NCBI GenBank assembly: GCA_964016885.1
Contig: OZ024740.1
Span: 305,226,001 to 305,290,000 of the forward strand
Reading direction: 5' to 3'
From: Eledone cirrhosa
Lineage: Eukaryota
DNA length: 64,000 nt
Shown: positions 63,450 to 64,000 of the stretch, one piece after another
Position numbering within the stretch: the stretch's first letter is position 1
Layout of the letters: each line of letters starts with the position of its first letter
Made by a program: the position numbers and the translations under genes
Notes under the pieces: model-generated
Told to the model about the DNA's origin: nothing
Seen by the model: the letters and a program-made list of their open reading frames with translations, nothing else
Database searches by the model: none

Positions 63450-64000
63450 GAGAAATGTTATAATGAAACAGGGACATATGATTATTTTCACACACTTTGT
63501 AGCAGTTTACTCTAGCTTTCTGTTGATAGCAAAGATTTCTTTGTTTTAAAAAATTGATTAATTCTCTGGTCATATGGTATAAATTCCTGATAAGCAATAT
63601 ACAGGTCATAAAAACAAACAGAATTACTATTGTTTTTACATTTGATGAAGATTGTTATAATTTTTTTTTTTTTAGGTGGGGTATGGTTGTGGTTTCTACT
63701 TAAACAATTGTTGCTTTATTTCAGGGTTATGTGTTATAACCAGTAGTGAAACTGGTAAAATTCAAATCTATTCATAAACCTCTTTTCAGATCCTCACACT
63801 TTGATGAGGAATTTTGTTGTCATTCACCATTCTAGGAAAAGAAATTTGCCTATCTTCTGTCAAAATTATCTGACATGATCGATCCAATAGAAAATGTCCA
63901 GTGTATCTCTGACATCACAGACATACCATCTCCAGTCAAAATAGTCTGACACAGTAAACAGAAAATGTCTAGTCATTAACCACACACTTCAGTGTCTGAC

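Noticed and set aside
63802-63874. C/D box snoRNA (TGATGA...CTGA)
   Set aside because: The C box lacks the leading purine, there is no convincing terminal stem or host intron, and these motifs are common by chance.

Overview
AT-rich, repeat-dense eukaryotic genomic DNA. The RTE LINEs with (TGA)n tails, CORE-type tRNA SINEs and very long TA/TG microsatellites suggest an octopod cephalopod (inference). The only host gene I can support is calcineurin B (PPP3R1/CanB, + strand), with four coding exons at 7149-7325, 14590-14649, 16309-16493 and 20531-20578. I did not find its first two exons, which are probably upstream of the window. A ~10 kb TE-poor stretch after the stop codon may be an extended 3'UTR. 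The rest is a nested graveyard of mobile elements: RTE LINEs, a mariner, an autonomous-type Helitron, non-autonomous Helitrons, Penelope-like elements, L1/Tx1 and RLE-type LINE fragments, SINEs, and hAT, piggyBac and pogo MITEs. The most notable observations are: (i) a complete C4HC3 PHD-type zinc finger inserted inside the RT domain of the RTE family, complete in two copies and partly preserved in a third; (ii) five minimal hammerhead-ribozyme motifs of Penelope/retrozyme type; (iii) several near-perfect fold-back palindromes. The many long 'ORFs' over the microsatellites are artefacts.
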